Part shown: one piece after another, positions 55,845 through 63,602 of the stretch
Numbering within the stretch: position 1 is the stretch's first letter
How the letters are laid out: each line of letters begins with the position of its first letter
IMG/VR virus record: IMGVR_UViG_3300037116_000299
Span: 150,301 to 214,300 of that record
Strand: one strand, 5' to 3'
DNA length: 64,000 bases
Notes under the pieces: generated by a model
The model's database searches: none
Told to the model about the DNA's origin: nothing
What the model saw: only the letters and a program-made list of their open reading frames with translations
Program-made: the position numbers and the translations under genes

Positions 55845-56588
55845 ATGGCTAACGCTACCCTTTCTATCGATACCCTGGAACTCGTGTCCACCGAACGAGT
55901 CGTTCCCAAGAACGGCTCGCCGGCAACGCAGGACTACAACGACACCCAGAACGAGAACCTGCTCGATCATGCAACGCTGGCGGAGTTCATCAATAACTTC
56001 CTGCGTCCGATCCTGCTGGCGTTGCCGCCTGGCGCAGCCAACGGCCTGTTGGCTTCAACTCTGTTCACGGATCCTACGGATGAGAGCGCTCTTTGCTTTG
56101 ACCCTCTGTCGGACACACCGCTGACCGTCAAGCAGTCCCTGCAGTACCTGCTCAATCTCACCACGAGCGCGCAGGGGAAACTGACTGACGTCAGTACCCA
56201 GGTTGGGATTCTGGCTTCGAAGCTCTCGTCAACCAACCAGAACGACATCGCCCTGGTCCTGCAGAACTTCCAGGCGGCCCTGGCCGCGCAGGCAAATGCC
56301 ATCGCGGCTTTGGAGACCAGTTCGGGGACAGGCGTTTCCGCGTTGCAGCAGGCCACGCCGTTGATCGACCCCCGGGGCCAGGAGACTGTGCGCTGCGAAT
56401 GGTCGACTGCCCAGCTCAACGATACCTATACCGTGACCGCTTCGATCGAGGACACTGCTGGATTCCTCGATATCGCGAGCTGGTCGTACATCACAGGAGG
56501 TCTGGGTGTGAATGTCGTCATTCGCAACTCCGACCCGGCAGCCGGCCACCAGGGCATTGTCCACGTCTGCGCCTTCCCCCTCAGCTAA
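55845..56588 (+). CDS. fibre-like protein with coiled-coil and short C-terminal beta domain
   Basis: 247 aa; heptad region LQNFQAALAAQANAIAALE. Confidence 0.5.
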   Translation: MANATLSIDTLELVSTERVVPKNGSPATQDYNDTQNENLLDHATLAEFINNFLRPILLALPPGAANGLLASTLFTDPTDESALCFDPLSDTPLTVKQSLQYLLNLTTSAQGKLTDVSTQVGILASKLSSTNQNDIALVLQNFQAALAAQANAIAALETSSGTGVSALQQATPLIDPRGQETVRCEWSTAQLNDTYTVTASIEDTAGFLDIASWSYITGGLGVNVVIRNSDPAAGHQGIVHVCAFPLS

Positions 56589-56614
56589 CCAATCTCTTCA
56601 AAGGACCTGAAATC

Positions 56615-58153
56615 ATGCGTCGTCTTCTTGCTTCGATCGTTCTTGCGCTGAGCGCACTCGTATCTTCCGGACAGACCACCACGGTGGCCACGACCGCCAC
56701 GACTGGTGCTGGGGTTGTGGTGCCCCGCGCCACTCTGAGCTTCCAGCTGCAGAACTGCGGCGTTACCGTCACTCCGAATCCGACAGCGACCCTGACGGCC
56801 AATGCGTTCGGTGTGGTGAATGCCACGGTGCCGAACAGCAACAGCTTTGTCTGCCCCAGCAACCAGGCCTACTACCTGGTCACCATGAAGAACTTCACAG
56901 GCAACATCGTCTGGACGCGGCCTTATCAGCTGACTGGCGGAACCAACACCCTCGCGACACCCCTTGCAGCCCTGCCCTCGACAGCGACGGATATCCGCAC
57001 GCTCCTGGGACCGGATGGCAAGATCCTTTCCGGATTTCTGCCAGCAGGGGCTCCCACAGTTCAAAGCGTAAATGGGCATGTAGGCACAGTGGTTCTGGCA
57101 GCTACCGATGTAGGAGCGATCCCCTCCACCGGCGGATCCGTTACAGGGCCGATCGCCCTGCCTGCCGATCCAACTCTAGCGCTACAGGCCGCCACCAAGC
57201 AGTATGTCGATAACAGCATCTGCAAGCTGCCCGCCCTTGTACAGTACGCCCCATCGGCCTGGCAAGTTGCCGGCAGTGTGACCTCGACATTCAGTGCATC
57301 GCTCGTCGCCGGTAATACGATCTACGTAGTCGGAGCCTCAGAGGGTACAACCGGGAGCAGCGTCACGTCCATCACCGGGATTAGCGATACCCAGGGGAAT
57401 GTCTTCCACCCTATCTTCGTGCAATCCGGAAGTGTCTTCGATGTCGGCGAGGAGATCTGGTATGCCACCAACATCGTTGGAGGGCCTGAGTCGATCACGG
57501 TCTCGGCGACCGGAGCTACTCCGGAGATCCGAGTCGAGGCAGCGGAGTACAGAGGGGTCGCCACATCCAGCGCACTTGACAATTCGGTTCTCGGCTGGAG
57601 CGCTTCCTCACCCATCTACCCAGGACCATTGACTACAGCTGGTCCAAACGAGCTGCTCCTCGTGACCCTGGTGAATGTGGCGTCTGCTTCATCGCCTGGG
57701 TTTACGCAGAGTTCTCCAAGCACAACGTTTTCCAACAGCGGTACTGACAACCTTACATTCAGCATGATGGTCGCGGGCGGCGGACTCCAGAACCCGGGTT
57801 TCACCGTCGTCTCCGGCGGAGCAGGTAACGTCCACACCGTAAGCACCGCCTTCTTTCCAACCCCAGGCTGCATCAGCGGAGGCAGCTCGCCACAGCCCGT
57901 GCCGCTTTACAACTCGACTGGAACACTGCAAGCCAGCGCCCATACAGTCACCGGCATCGGCACCCTCGTGGGAGGAGCACTGACGGTTACCTTTACTGGC
58001 TCATCTGTGTTCACAAGCTCGACTTCCTATGCTTGCAGTCAGTCCGACACGACCGCTGTGCATGGATTTGAAGTCACCTACACCTCGGGTTCGGTTGTGA
58101 CTTTTACCGGAACGGGTACGGATACGTTCCGCTATTCGTGTGTAGGAAACTAA
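56615..58153 (+). CDS. fibre/adhesin-like protein with apparent Sec signal peptide
   Basis: AAGGA SD, ATG 56615: MRRLLASIVLALSALVSSG-QTTT; internal VQSVNGHVGTVVLAATDVGA and AATKQYVD fibre motifs; domain resembling part of 10810-12570. Confidence 0.6.
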   Translation: MRRLLASIVLALSALVSSGQTTTVATTATTGAGVVVPRATLSFQLQNCGVTVTPNPTATLTANAFGVVNATVPNSNSFVCPSNQAYYLVTMKNFTGNIVWTRPYQLTGGTNTLATPLAALPSTATDIRTLLGPDGKILSGFLPAGAPTVQSVNGHVGTVVLAATDVGAIPSTGGSVTGPIALPADPTLALQAATKQYVDNSICKLPALVQYAPSAWQVAGSVTSTFSASLVAGNTIYVVGASEGTTGSSVTSITGISDTQGNVFHPIFVQSGSVFDVGEEIWYATNIVGGPESITVSATGATPEIRVEAAEYRGVATSSALDNSVLGWSASSPIYPGPLTTAGPNELLLVTLVNVASASSPGFTQSSPSTTFSNSGTDNLTFSMMVAGGGLQNPGFTVVSGGAGNVHTVSTAFFPTPGCISGGSSPQPVPLYNSTGTLQASAHTVTGIGTLVGGALTVTFTGSSVFTSSTSYACSQSDTTAVHGFEVTYTSGSVVTFTGTGTDTFRYSCVGN

Positions 58154-58167
58154 GATCGGTTGCGTCA

Positions 58168-58575
58168 GTGCCTAGAATCATTGCCAAGAAACGTGCAACC
58201 AAACTGGTGCCCTACTCCGCCCGTCGGCGACACAATCGCCGGCGGGTGGCGACGGAGCCGGAAAAGCATGTCCACACCATCCTCAAGGAGGAAGGCATTC
58301 CCTACACCCGCGAGAAGCAGATCAGTCACTGCCATGTCGATGTCTTCATCGCGCCGCATACGGTGATCGAGATCCAGGGTTGCTTCTGGCACAAGCATGA
58401 CTGCCAGGAGCCGGAAGGCGGATGGCCCGTGGCGGACGTGGCTGTACAGACCCGGGATGAAGCCAGGTTTGCCTTCCTGCGCGCCCAAGGATACGACGTG
58501 ATTCCGATCTGGGAGTGCGACCTCCGCGATCACCCGCGGATGATCCGCAACCAGCTCCGCAAACTCAAGGTCTAG
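58168..58575 (+). CDS. Vsr/DUF559-like PD-(D/E)xK endonuclease
   Basis: PEKHV...HVDVFI...VIEIQGCFWHKH...RD...L...GY.VI.IWEC matches the Vsr family pattern. Confidence 0.8.
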   Translation: MPRIIAKKRATKLVPYSARRRHNRRRVATEPEKHVHTILKEEGIPYTREKQISHCHVDVFIAPHTVIEIQGCFWHKHDCQEPEGGWPVADVAVQTRDEARFAFLRAQGYDVIPIWECDLRDHPRMIRNQLRKLKV

Positions 58576-58584
58576 GGGAACTAC

Positions 58585-59325
58585 ATGCGCGGCGGCACAT
58601 TTGCATTCATTGGCGATATCTTCGAGACGGCCGGACGTATGGCCGGACGTGCATCGGGCAATGCCGGCCCGGGGTATGCCGGTCAGTTCGGATCACCGGA
58701 GTTCTTCGCGTCCGCCCGCGCTGGTGACGAGCGCGCGTTGCGCACGATGGAGAAGCAGGGTTACGGCCTGGCCTGGAAGAAGCAGAGACGCTGGGCAAGC
58801 GTCGAACGCGAGGTTGGGAAAGACTCGGCTCGGTATGCGCCAGGCTGGTCTGCCGCAAGTTTGAAGCCTCGAGGTTTGCTGACAGGCCGACGGGTGTACG
58901 GGATGAACCGTGCCATGTCCAACTTCCACGGCGCCACCCTCAAGATGGGTCTCGGTATCGGTGCGGCGATGACCCTGCTGCAAGGCGCTACAGCCCCTCG
59001 CGGCCACATGGTCTCGCAACTTGCGGCCGGCACCGGAGCGACCGCCGGCGGCATGCTGGGGGCTGCGGTCGGAGGCCTCATGTTGGGGCTGCCTGGCGAA
59101 CTCATCGGAGGTTGGGTAGGCGGCACCGCTGGCGAGAAGGTCGGCGCGGCTGTACATGCCTTCACCGACATCGCTCACTCGGCGCAACACCTGAACTTCG
59201 GCGGGCACTATCAGGACACGCAAGAGGCATTCACCATGCGGCAACGCGCGGTCCAGGAGATGAGCACTTCCCTCTTGAACGCACGACAGTACCTCGGCAA
59301 GGAAGCAGCTTTGCTGCATCAGTAA
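58585..59325 (+). CDS. glycine-zipper membrane-interacting protein, possible ejected virion protein
   Basis: GATAGGMLGAAVGGLMLGLPGELIGGWVGGTAG glycine zipper plus upstream hydrophobic helix. Confidence 0.55.
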   Translation: MRGGTFAFIGDIFETAGRMAGRASGNAGPGYAGQFGSPEFFASARAGDERALRTMEKQGYGLAWKKQRRWASVEREVGKDSARYAPGWSAASLKPRGLLTGRRVYGMNRAMSNFHGATLKMGLGIGAAMTLLQGATAPRGHMVSQLAAGTGATAGGMLGAAVGGLMLGLPGELIGGWVGGTAGEKVGAAVHAFTDIAHSAQHLNFGGHYQDTQEAFTMRQRAVQEMSTSLLNARQYLGKEAALLHQ

Positions 59326-59334
59326 AGGAGAATC

Positions 59335-59589
59335 ATGAGCTACACACTCGATCAACTCGGCGCTATGTTGGATTCACTCACCACCAGGATGGCCGCTATT
59401 GATGGCCAAGGGCTCCCAGAGGGCACGCAGAGCGTCCAGGGCAGCCTGACAGCCAACGTCGCTGGCCTGCGGCGGGATTTCAAGCAGCTGGTGGGCACGC
59501 TGCAGCAGCAACTGGATGGCGTGAAGACCCAGGTAACCGGTTACGTCGCGGCGGTCAAGGATGTCACCACGGCGAATTCCACACCATAA
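59335..59589 (+). CDS. small coiled-coil hypothetical protein
   Basis: AAGGAG SD; 84 aa. Confidence 0.6.
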   Translation: MSYTLDQLGAMLDSLTTRMAAIDGQGLPEGTQSVQGSLTANVAGLRRDFKQLVGTLQQQLDGVKTQVTGYVAAVKDVTTANSTP

Positions 59590-59690
59590 GGTGTTTTGTT
59601 CACCAAACTAAGGTGTTTCACTGACGACAAGTGGTAGTTACTTCCGTACTCTGGGAAAGTTCTTTTCATGTGGTGAGCAATATAGATCAC

Positions 59691-59906
59691 ATGCAGGCCA
59701 TCTCCAAGGAGCTATCCGTGTCTCAGAGCATTGTTGCGCACTTGAATCGTGAACTGTCCGAAGTGGACTCTCAACTCACCGCACTCCGTGAAAAGCGGGA
59801 GGGCATCCAGGCGGTCCTTGCCTCCGCATCCAGGTCCTTGGGAGTGCGACAACCGTATCGTCACATCTACGTCGTCAACTCGCAGCCCGACCGAAGATCT
59901 GCCTGA
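59691..59906 (+). CDS. small coiled-coil hypothetical protein
   Basis: ATG 59691; heptad repeat LNRELSEVDSQLTALREKREGIQAVL. Confidence 0.5.
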   Translation: MQAISKELSVSQSIVAHLNRELSEVDSQLTALREKREGIQAVLASASRSLGVRQPYRHIYVVNSQPDRRSA

Positions 59907-59934
59907 GTATTCCTCCTCGTTTCCTCGGCACTAG

Positions 59935-59970
59935 AATGCCCCGGCGCTTATGCCCGGGGCATTTCTGGTT
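59935..59970 (+). terminator. hairpin terminator
   Basis: AATGCCCCGG-9 nt-CCGGGGCATT followed by TCTGGTT. Confidence 0.6.
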
Positions 59971-60040
59971 GTGTAGGCGATCTGAGGTGTTCGCCTGAGT
60001 GTTTCGGCTTCTACTTCTCGATAAAAAAGAGGAGGAGGGT

Positions 60041-60229
60041 GTGAAAGTGAAAGAGATCGAAACCGAGCAGAACGACATCATGGATGCGAGTGAACTGGCG
60101 GCTCTTCTGCGTGTCAATGTAGTAACTGTCCGCCTCAAGGCTTCAGCGGGTGTGATTCCAGGCCGGCAAATCGGAAACCGCTGGCGCTTCAGCCGCACAC
60201 GGATCATTCAGTGGATGGAGTCCGCTTGA
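60041..60229 (+). CDS. excisionase-like helix-turn-helix protein (HTH_17/MerR-like)
   Basis: MDASELAALLRVNVVTVR......IPGRQIGNRWRFSR..I..WM; strong GAGGAGGAGG SD; adjacent to integrase. Confidence 0.8.
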   Translation: MKVKEIETEQNDIMDASELAALLRVNVVTVRLKASAGVIPGRQIGNRWRFSRTRIIQWMESA

Positions 60230-61334
60230 GCTTGATCCCTTTGGCGACGTTGGCAAGGAGAGGACGCAGCTCCTCCACAGGCGTGTTGCCGTAGATATTC
60301 GCTGTCGTGCTGATGTCCCCGTGCCGCATGGCGCCCTTCTGCTGTGTCAGGGTGGCCTTCCCGCTGCCCAGCCAGGCTCGATAGCTGTGGCGGAAGGTGT
60401 GCCATCCGAAGTGGGGCAGCTTCAGCTTCTTCCCAACCGGGTTGAAGTGCCGCTTCAGGATCGCATCTCCCGATCGTGGCTGGCTCTTGTCCTTCCTGGG
60501 AGAAGGAAAGACCCAGGGACTATTGCCCTTCTTGTGGGCTTTCAGTTGTGCCAGCAGGTCAGGAGTAAGCGGAAGTTCAGCCTCCGATGAGGGTGTCTTC
60601 GCTTCCTTCAACGCGGCATGTGTCCAGGCCCGTCGGATGTTCACAGTCTTTCGTTTGAGGTCGATATCCTCCCATCGAACAGCCACCACCTCTGACACAC
60701 GGAGACCCAGGGCGGCCGCCATAATCACCATCAAGCGGAACGGTGGTTCCAGGGCATCTAGCAGGCTGTTCAGTTGCTTAAAGGTGAAGAGGGTGGTTTT
60801 CTGGAACTTCTTCTTCGAGCCGCGCACTTTGATCAGAGTGATCGGGTTGAAGCCGAACGGGATGTACTCCCAGAACATCGCCTTGTCGATGAGTTGCTTC
60901 ATCATGCGTCTCGCACGTCCGCGAGAAGCATCTCCTGTCTTCAGAGTTCCGAGCCAAGCCTCTACCACCATTGGTTTGATCTCTTGGATCCGTGTCTTAC
61001 CCCATTTCGGCCGGACGTGAACCCGAAGCATTGAGCCGTCGGTGTTCTGGGTGCTCTTGGCCAACTTTGGCAGGTACTCCTCTTCGTAGCGATCGATGAC
61101 AGTCTCGAGTAGGATGGCGATTGGGATCCGAGCGGATCCGTTGTTCAGGACGGCGAGAGGCGTAGCAAGATGCCGGCGGAGAGCCTTCTCAGTCGGGAAT
61201 TCGACCGTTGAGAACGTCTTCTGCTTCATCTTCTGGTCTGGGCCTCGGCCCTGCCGGTAGCGCCACTCCCAAGCCTCTGATCCGTTGCTTCTCTTGACCC
61301 TGCGAATCGATCCCATCTGATATGTTGAAGGCAT
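60204..61334 (-). CDS. int: tyrosine recombinase / phage integrase
   Basis: LGLRVSE (R), AKT (K), HTFRHSY (HxxR), RHGD (H), NIYG (Y) all present; N-terminal arm-binding-like strand motif; likely start ATG 61334. Confidence 0.92.
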   Translation of the reverse strand: MPSTYQMGSIRRVKRSNGSEAWEWRYRQGRGPDQKMKQKTFSTVEFPTEKALRRHLATPLAVLNNGSARIPIAILLETVIDRYEEEYLPKLAKSTQNTDGSMLRVHVRPKWGKTRIQEIKPMVVEAWLGTLKTGDASRGRARRMMKQLIDKAMFWEYIPFGFNPITLIKVRGSKKKFQKTTLFTFKQLNSLLDALEPPFRLMVIMAAALGLRVSEVVAVRWEDIDLKRKTVNIRRAWTHAALKEAKTPSSEAELPLTPDLLAQLKAHKKGNSPWVFPSPRKDKSQPRSGDAILKRHFNPVGKKLKLPHFGWHTFRHSYRAWLGSGKATLTQQKGAMRHGDISTTANIYGNTPVEELRPLLANVAKGIKLKRTPSTE

Positions 61335-61378
61335 GACTTCTTTCCGAACCCCCGTATGCAATATCAGGAAGTATACCT

Positions 61379-61430
61379 TTTGTGGGGTTTGTGGGGTTGG
61401 TCATTTTACTAAACTGTTGATAACAAAGAT
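61379..61430. promoter_or_regulatory. att arm region: direct repeats and IHF-consensus site
   Basis: TGTGGGGTT twice (61381-61389, 61390-61398); TAAACTGTTGATA (61410-61422) is the reverse complement of WATCAANNNNTTR. Confidence 0.5.
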
Positions 61431-61507
61431 GCGCCCGTAGCTCAGCTGGATAGAGCGGCAGCCTCCGAAGCTGTAGGTCAGAAGTTCGAATCTTCTCGGG
61501 CGCACCA
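61431..61507 (+). tRNA. tRNA-Arg (anticodon CCG), 77 nt with encoded CCA
   Basis: GCGCCCG acceptor pairs with CGGGCGC; D-loop AGCTGGATAG; anticodon arm GCAGC-CTCCGAA-GCTGT; T-loop GTTCGAAT; ends ACCA. Confidence 0.95.
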
Positions 61508-61560
61508 TTCTTATCGTTGTTTCAGGAACGCTTCCGACGGGTTTGGGTGGGAGCCAGTGG

Positions 61561-61971
61561 TCAAGCGCCTTCGGCAGCGAGGTCGTCCAGGGCTTTCGCG
61601 GCTTTGGAGAGGTTGTCTACGCCGAAGACCACCAGCGCCTGCGCGGACCCAGGCTCCAGCCCGCAGTACGAATAGTCAACGTTGATCTTGTTTTCGCCCA
61701 ACCGAGCGGCAGCGCGGCCCAGCTCCCCGGGACGATTCGGCAATCGGATGACAGCGGCTTCCGTCTCCTCAAAGATCATGCCCAGACCGCCCAGAACCGC
61801 CTTTGCACTGGCGGGATTGTCCACCACCAATCGGGCCAGGCTTTCGCCTTCCTCAACGTAGGATTGAAAAGCCAGGACGTTTACTCCACGCTCCGCCAGA
61901 GCGAGGAAGCATTTCCCCAGCGCCCCTGGTTTGTCTTCGATCGTTACCGTAAACTCTTTCACCTTCGGCAT
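61561..61971 (-). CDS. ACT-domain protein (two ACT repeats), probably host chromosomal
   Basis: FTVTIEDKPGALGK..LAERGVNV and LPNRPGELGRAAARLGENKINVDYSY ACT motifs; GGGAG SD before ATG 61971. Confidence 0.85.
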   Translation of the reverse strand: MPKVKEFTVTIEDKPGALGKCFLALAERGVNVLAFQSYVEEGESLARLVVDNPASAKAVLGGLGMIFEETEAAVIRLPNRPGELGRAAARLGENKINVDYSYCGLEPGSAQALVVFGVDNLSKAAKALDDLAAEGA

Positions 61972-62302
61972 GCGACTTTGACTCCCTTCGAGTTTGAGGC
62001 CCCGAAAACCAGCGAGCAATTTCGATCATACCGTTCGCAGGATGCAGCCCTCAACCGAAGCTCGCCGTCGGCCTCGAGAGTTTACGGAAAGCGCCGAAGG
62101 CTACTCCCCACGCGCGTCCATGGCCCTGTCGGGGCCGGGGGCGCAGAGGAAGGCTCTATCTCTCCCCTCTACCCCCATACGAGCCCCCTCAAGGGAAGCA
62201 GCATCCAGAGAGCAGTCCCATCTAGCACTCACCTGATACCGCCTCCATCCTCAAAACCTGGCCGGGGCGAGGGTAAGACCGGCGTCCGGCAGACCGGTAT
62301 CC

Positions 62303-62631
62303 CAGAACCCCCGTAACCCCCAACCCCCCCCCTAAAACAGCCTGGTCCACAGCACCATCTATCTCAAGTCGGCAGCATACGAGCCAGGCAGACTGAATCT
62401 GGACACGCCAACGACATCTGACCCCAGAAAGCCTACTCAGGACCAGGGCATAACCAGCACAGAACCCCCGTTATCACTGGGTCAGGCGCACTCTCTACCA
62501 CCCAGCTCCGGCAGCAGATCGGACTACTCGGCTCCGATCTGGGGGCATCTTCCGGGTCTGGAGCGCTCTCGGACTCCTGAACTTAAGCCAGGACCAGGCC
62601 GGAACCAGCCGAAAGCCCCGTGAACACTGGG
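62303..62631. repeat. degenerate repeats at about 150-bp spacing in non-coding DNA
   Basis: CAGGACCAGG..AACCAGC..A.CCCCGT..CACTGGG at 62438-62481 and 62589-62631; CAGAACCCCCGT at 62303 and 62460. Confidence 0.5.
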
Positions 62632-62702
62632 CGGAACCAGCGTCCTGACGGCTATTTCCGGCGGTAGTTCTGAACTCGGCTCATGCGCGCGAGAGAATTC
62701 AC

Positions 62703-63285
62703 CTAGTTAAATGGGGGGATATGGATGCCAAACTGGGTTTTGCCGAGTTGGTTGCTGAGGTGCTCCAGGACCACGATGATGATCTGGTGCAGGTCATTGT
62801 TGATCGACGAGCGCGGCGAGGTCCGGAGGTCTTCCTTGCGGATCCGGCCGACCTGGCCGGGGCCGGGCTGCTGAGGCGGCGGAGTGGTCAGGTTCAGGAC
62901 GCCGGTGACGAACGACCAGGTGTAGTTGGCGGACAGGGGGACTGGCGTTGGACCTGGGGTCTGGACCGCTGTTGAGATCAGAACGGTGTACTTGACGTTC
63001 GGCCGCATGGGGCGAGCCGGCACGAAGGTGGCGACGGTGGCGCCGGCGGTGTTGACGGCGAAGGTGAAGGTCCCCTGGACGTAGTCAGTGCCGGTGACGG
63101 GGGCCACCGGGCCGACCAGGCCGCCGGGTGGGACTCTGGGTGTCTCCGGGGGCGCCGACAGCAGGAAGGAGCTTTCATCGAAGGTCGTGACATCGATCTC
63201 CTGATCGAAGGTCACGATCACGGCACCCTGGAGGATGACGCCGGTGCTGTTCACGTCAGGCAGCACTGAGAGGATGTTGGCACAT
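62703..63285 (-). pseudogene. diverged, probably damaged homolog of the phage Ig-like gene at 4581-5282
   Basis: VIVTFDQEIDVTTF, GATVATF.P, YTWSFVTGVL.L and NNDL.Q align with 4581-5282; nearest ATG is one base out of frame (ATG-T-GCC-AAC-ATC); C-terminus diverges and is shorter. Confidence 0.5.
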
Positions 63286-63333
63286 AATATAGCTGTGTTT
63301 TGGCAGATTAGAAGAGTAGTCTAGGCTCATAGT

Positions 63334-63358
63334 TATATCGACGATATATCGACGATAT
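63334..63358. repeat. tandem 11-bp repeat TATATCGACGA x2 plus TAT
   Basis: Seen directly; lies between the divergent relic gene and the small ORF/serine recombinase pair. Confidence 0.6.
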
Positions 63359-63371
63359 GACTGGAGCATCA

Positions 63372-63602
63372 ATGAAAACTCGCCGTGGTAGCCGTCTTTT
63401 CCGTCGTTCTTGCCGTCCCGCCCCGCTTCCTGTCACCCGGCACCAGATCCGTCAGAAGGTCGACCGGATGCGGGATATCTATGAGTTGGAGGTTGTTCTC
63501 GAACTCGGCCGGGCTAAACCGGACATCAACTATCTGCTCCAGCTGGATCTGGAGTCGACCTACTTGCATGACGTCCTGGCTTCGATCGAGGGGAAGATAT
63601 GA
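63372..63602 (+). CDS. small hypothetical protein coupled to serine recombinase
   Basis: GGAG SD, ATG 63372; stop overlaps recombinase start (ATGA). Confidence 0.5.
   Translation: MKTRRGSRLFRRSCRPAPLPVTRHQIRQKVDRMRDIYELEVVLELGRAKPDINYLLQLDLESTYLHDVLASIEGKI

Larger units (their letters stand above)
1..61430 (+). mobile_element. right-hand part of a large myovirus-type prophage (left end outside the window)
   Basis: Co-oriented head, neck, sheath, tube, baseplate and fibre genes, then xis, integrase and a tRNA, followed by a host-like gene. Confidence 0.8.

Noticed and set aside
61994-62236. 80-aa ORF upstream of the ACT gene
   Set aside because: Low-complexity translation with no SD or motif; it overlaps the likely promoter region of the ACT gene.
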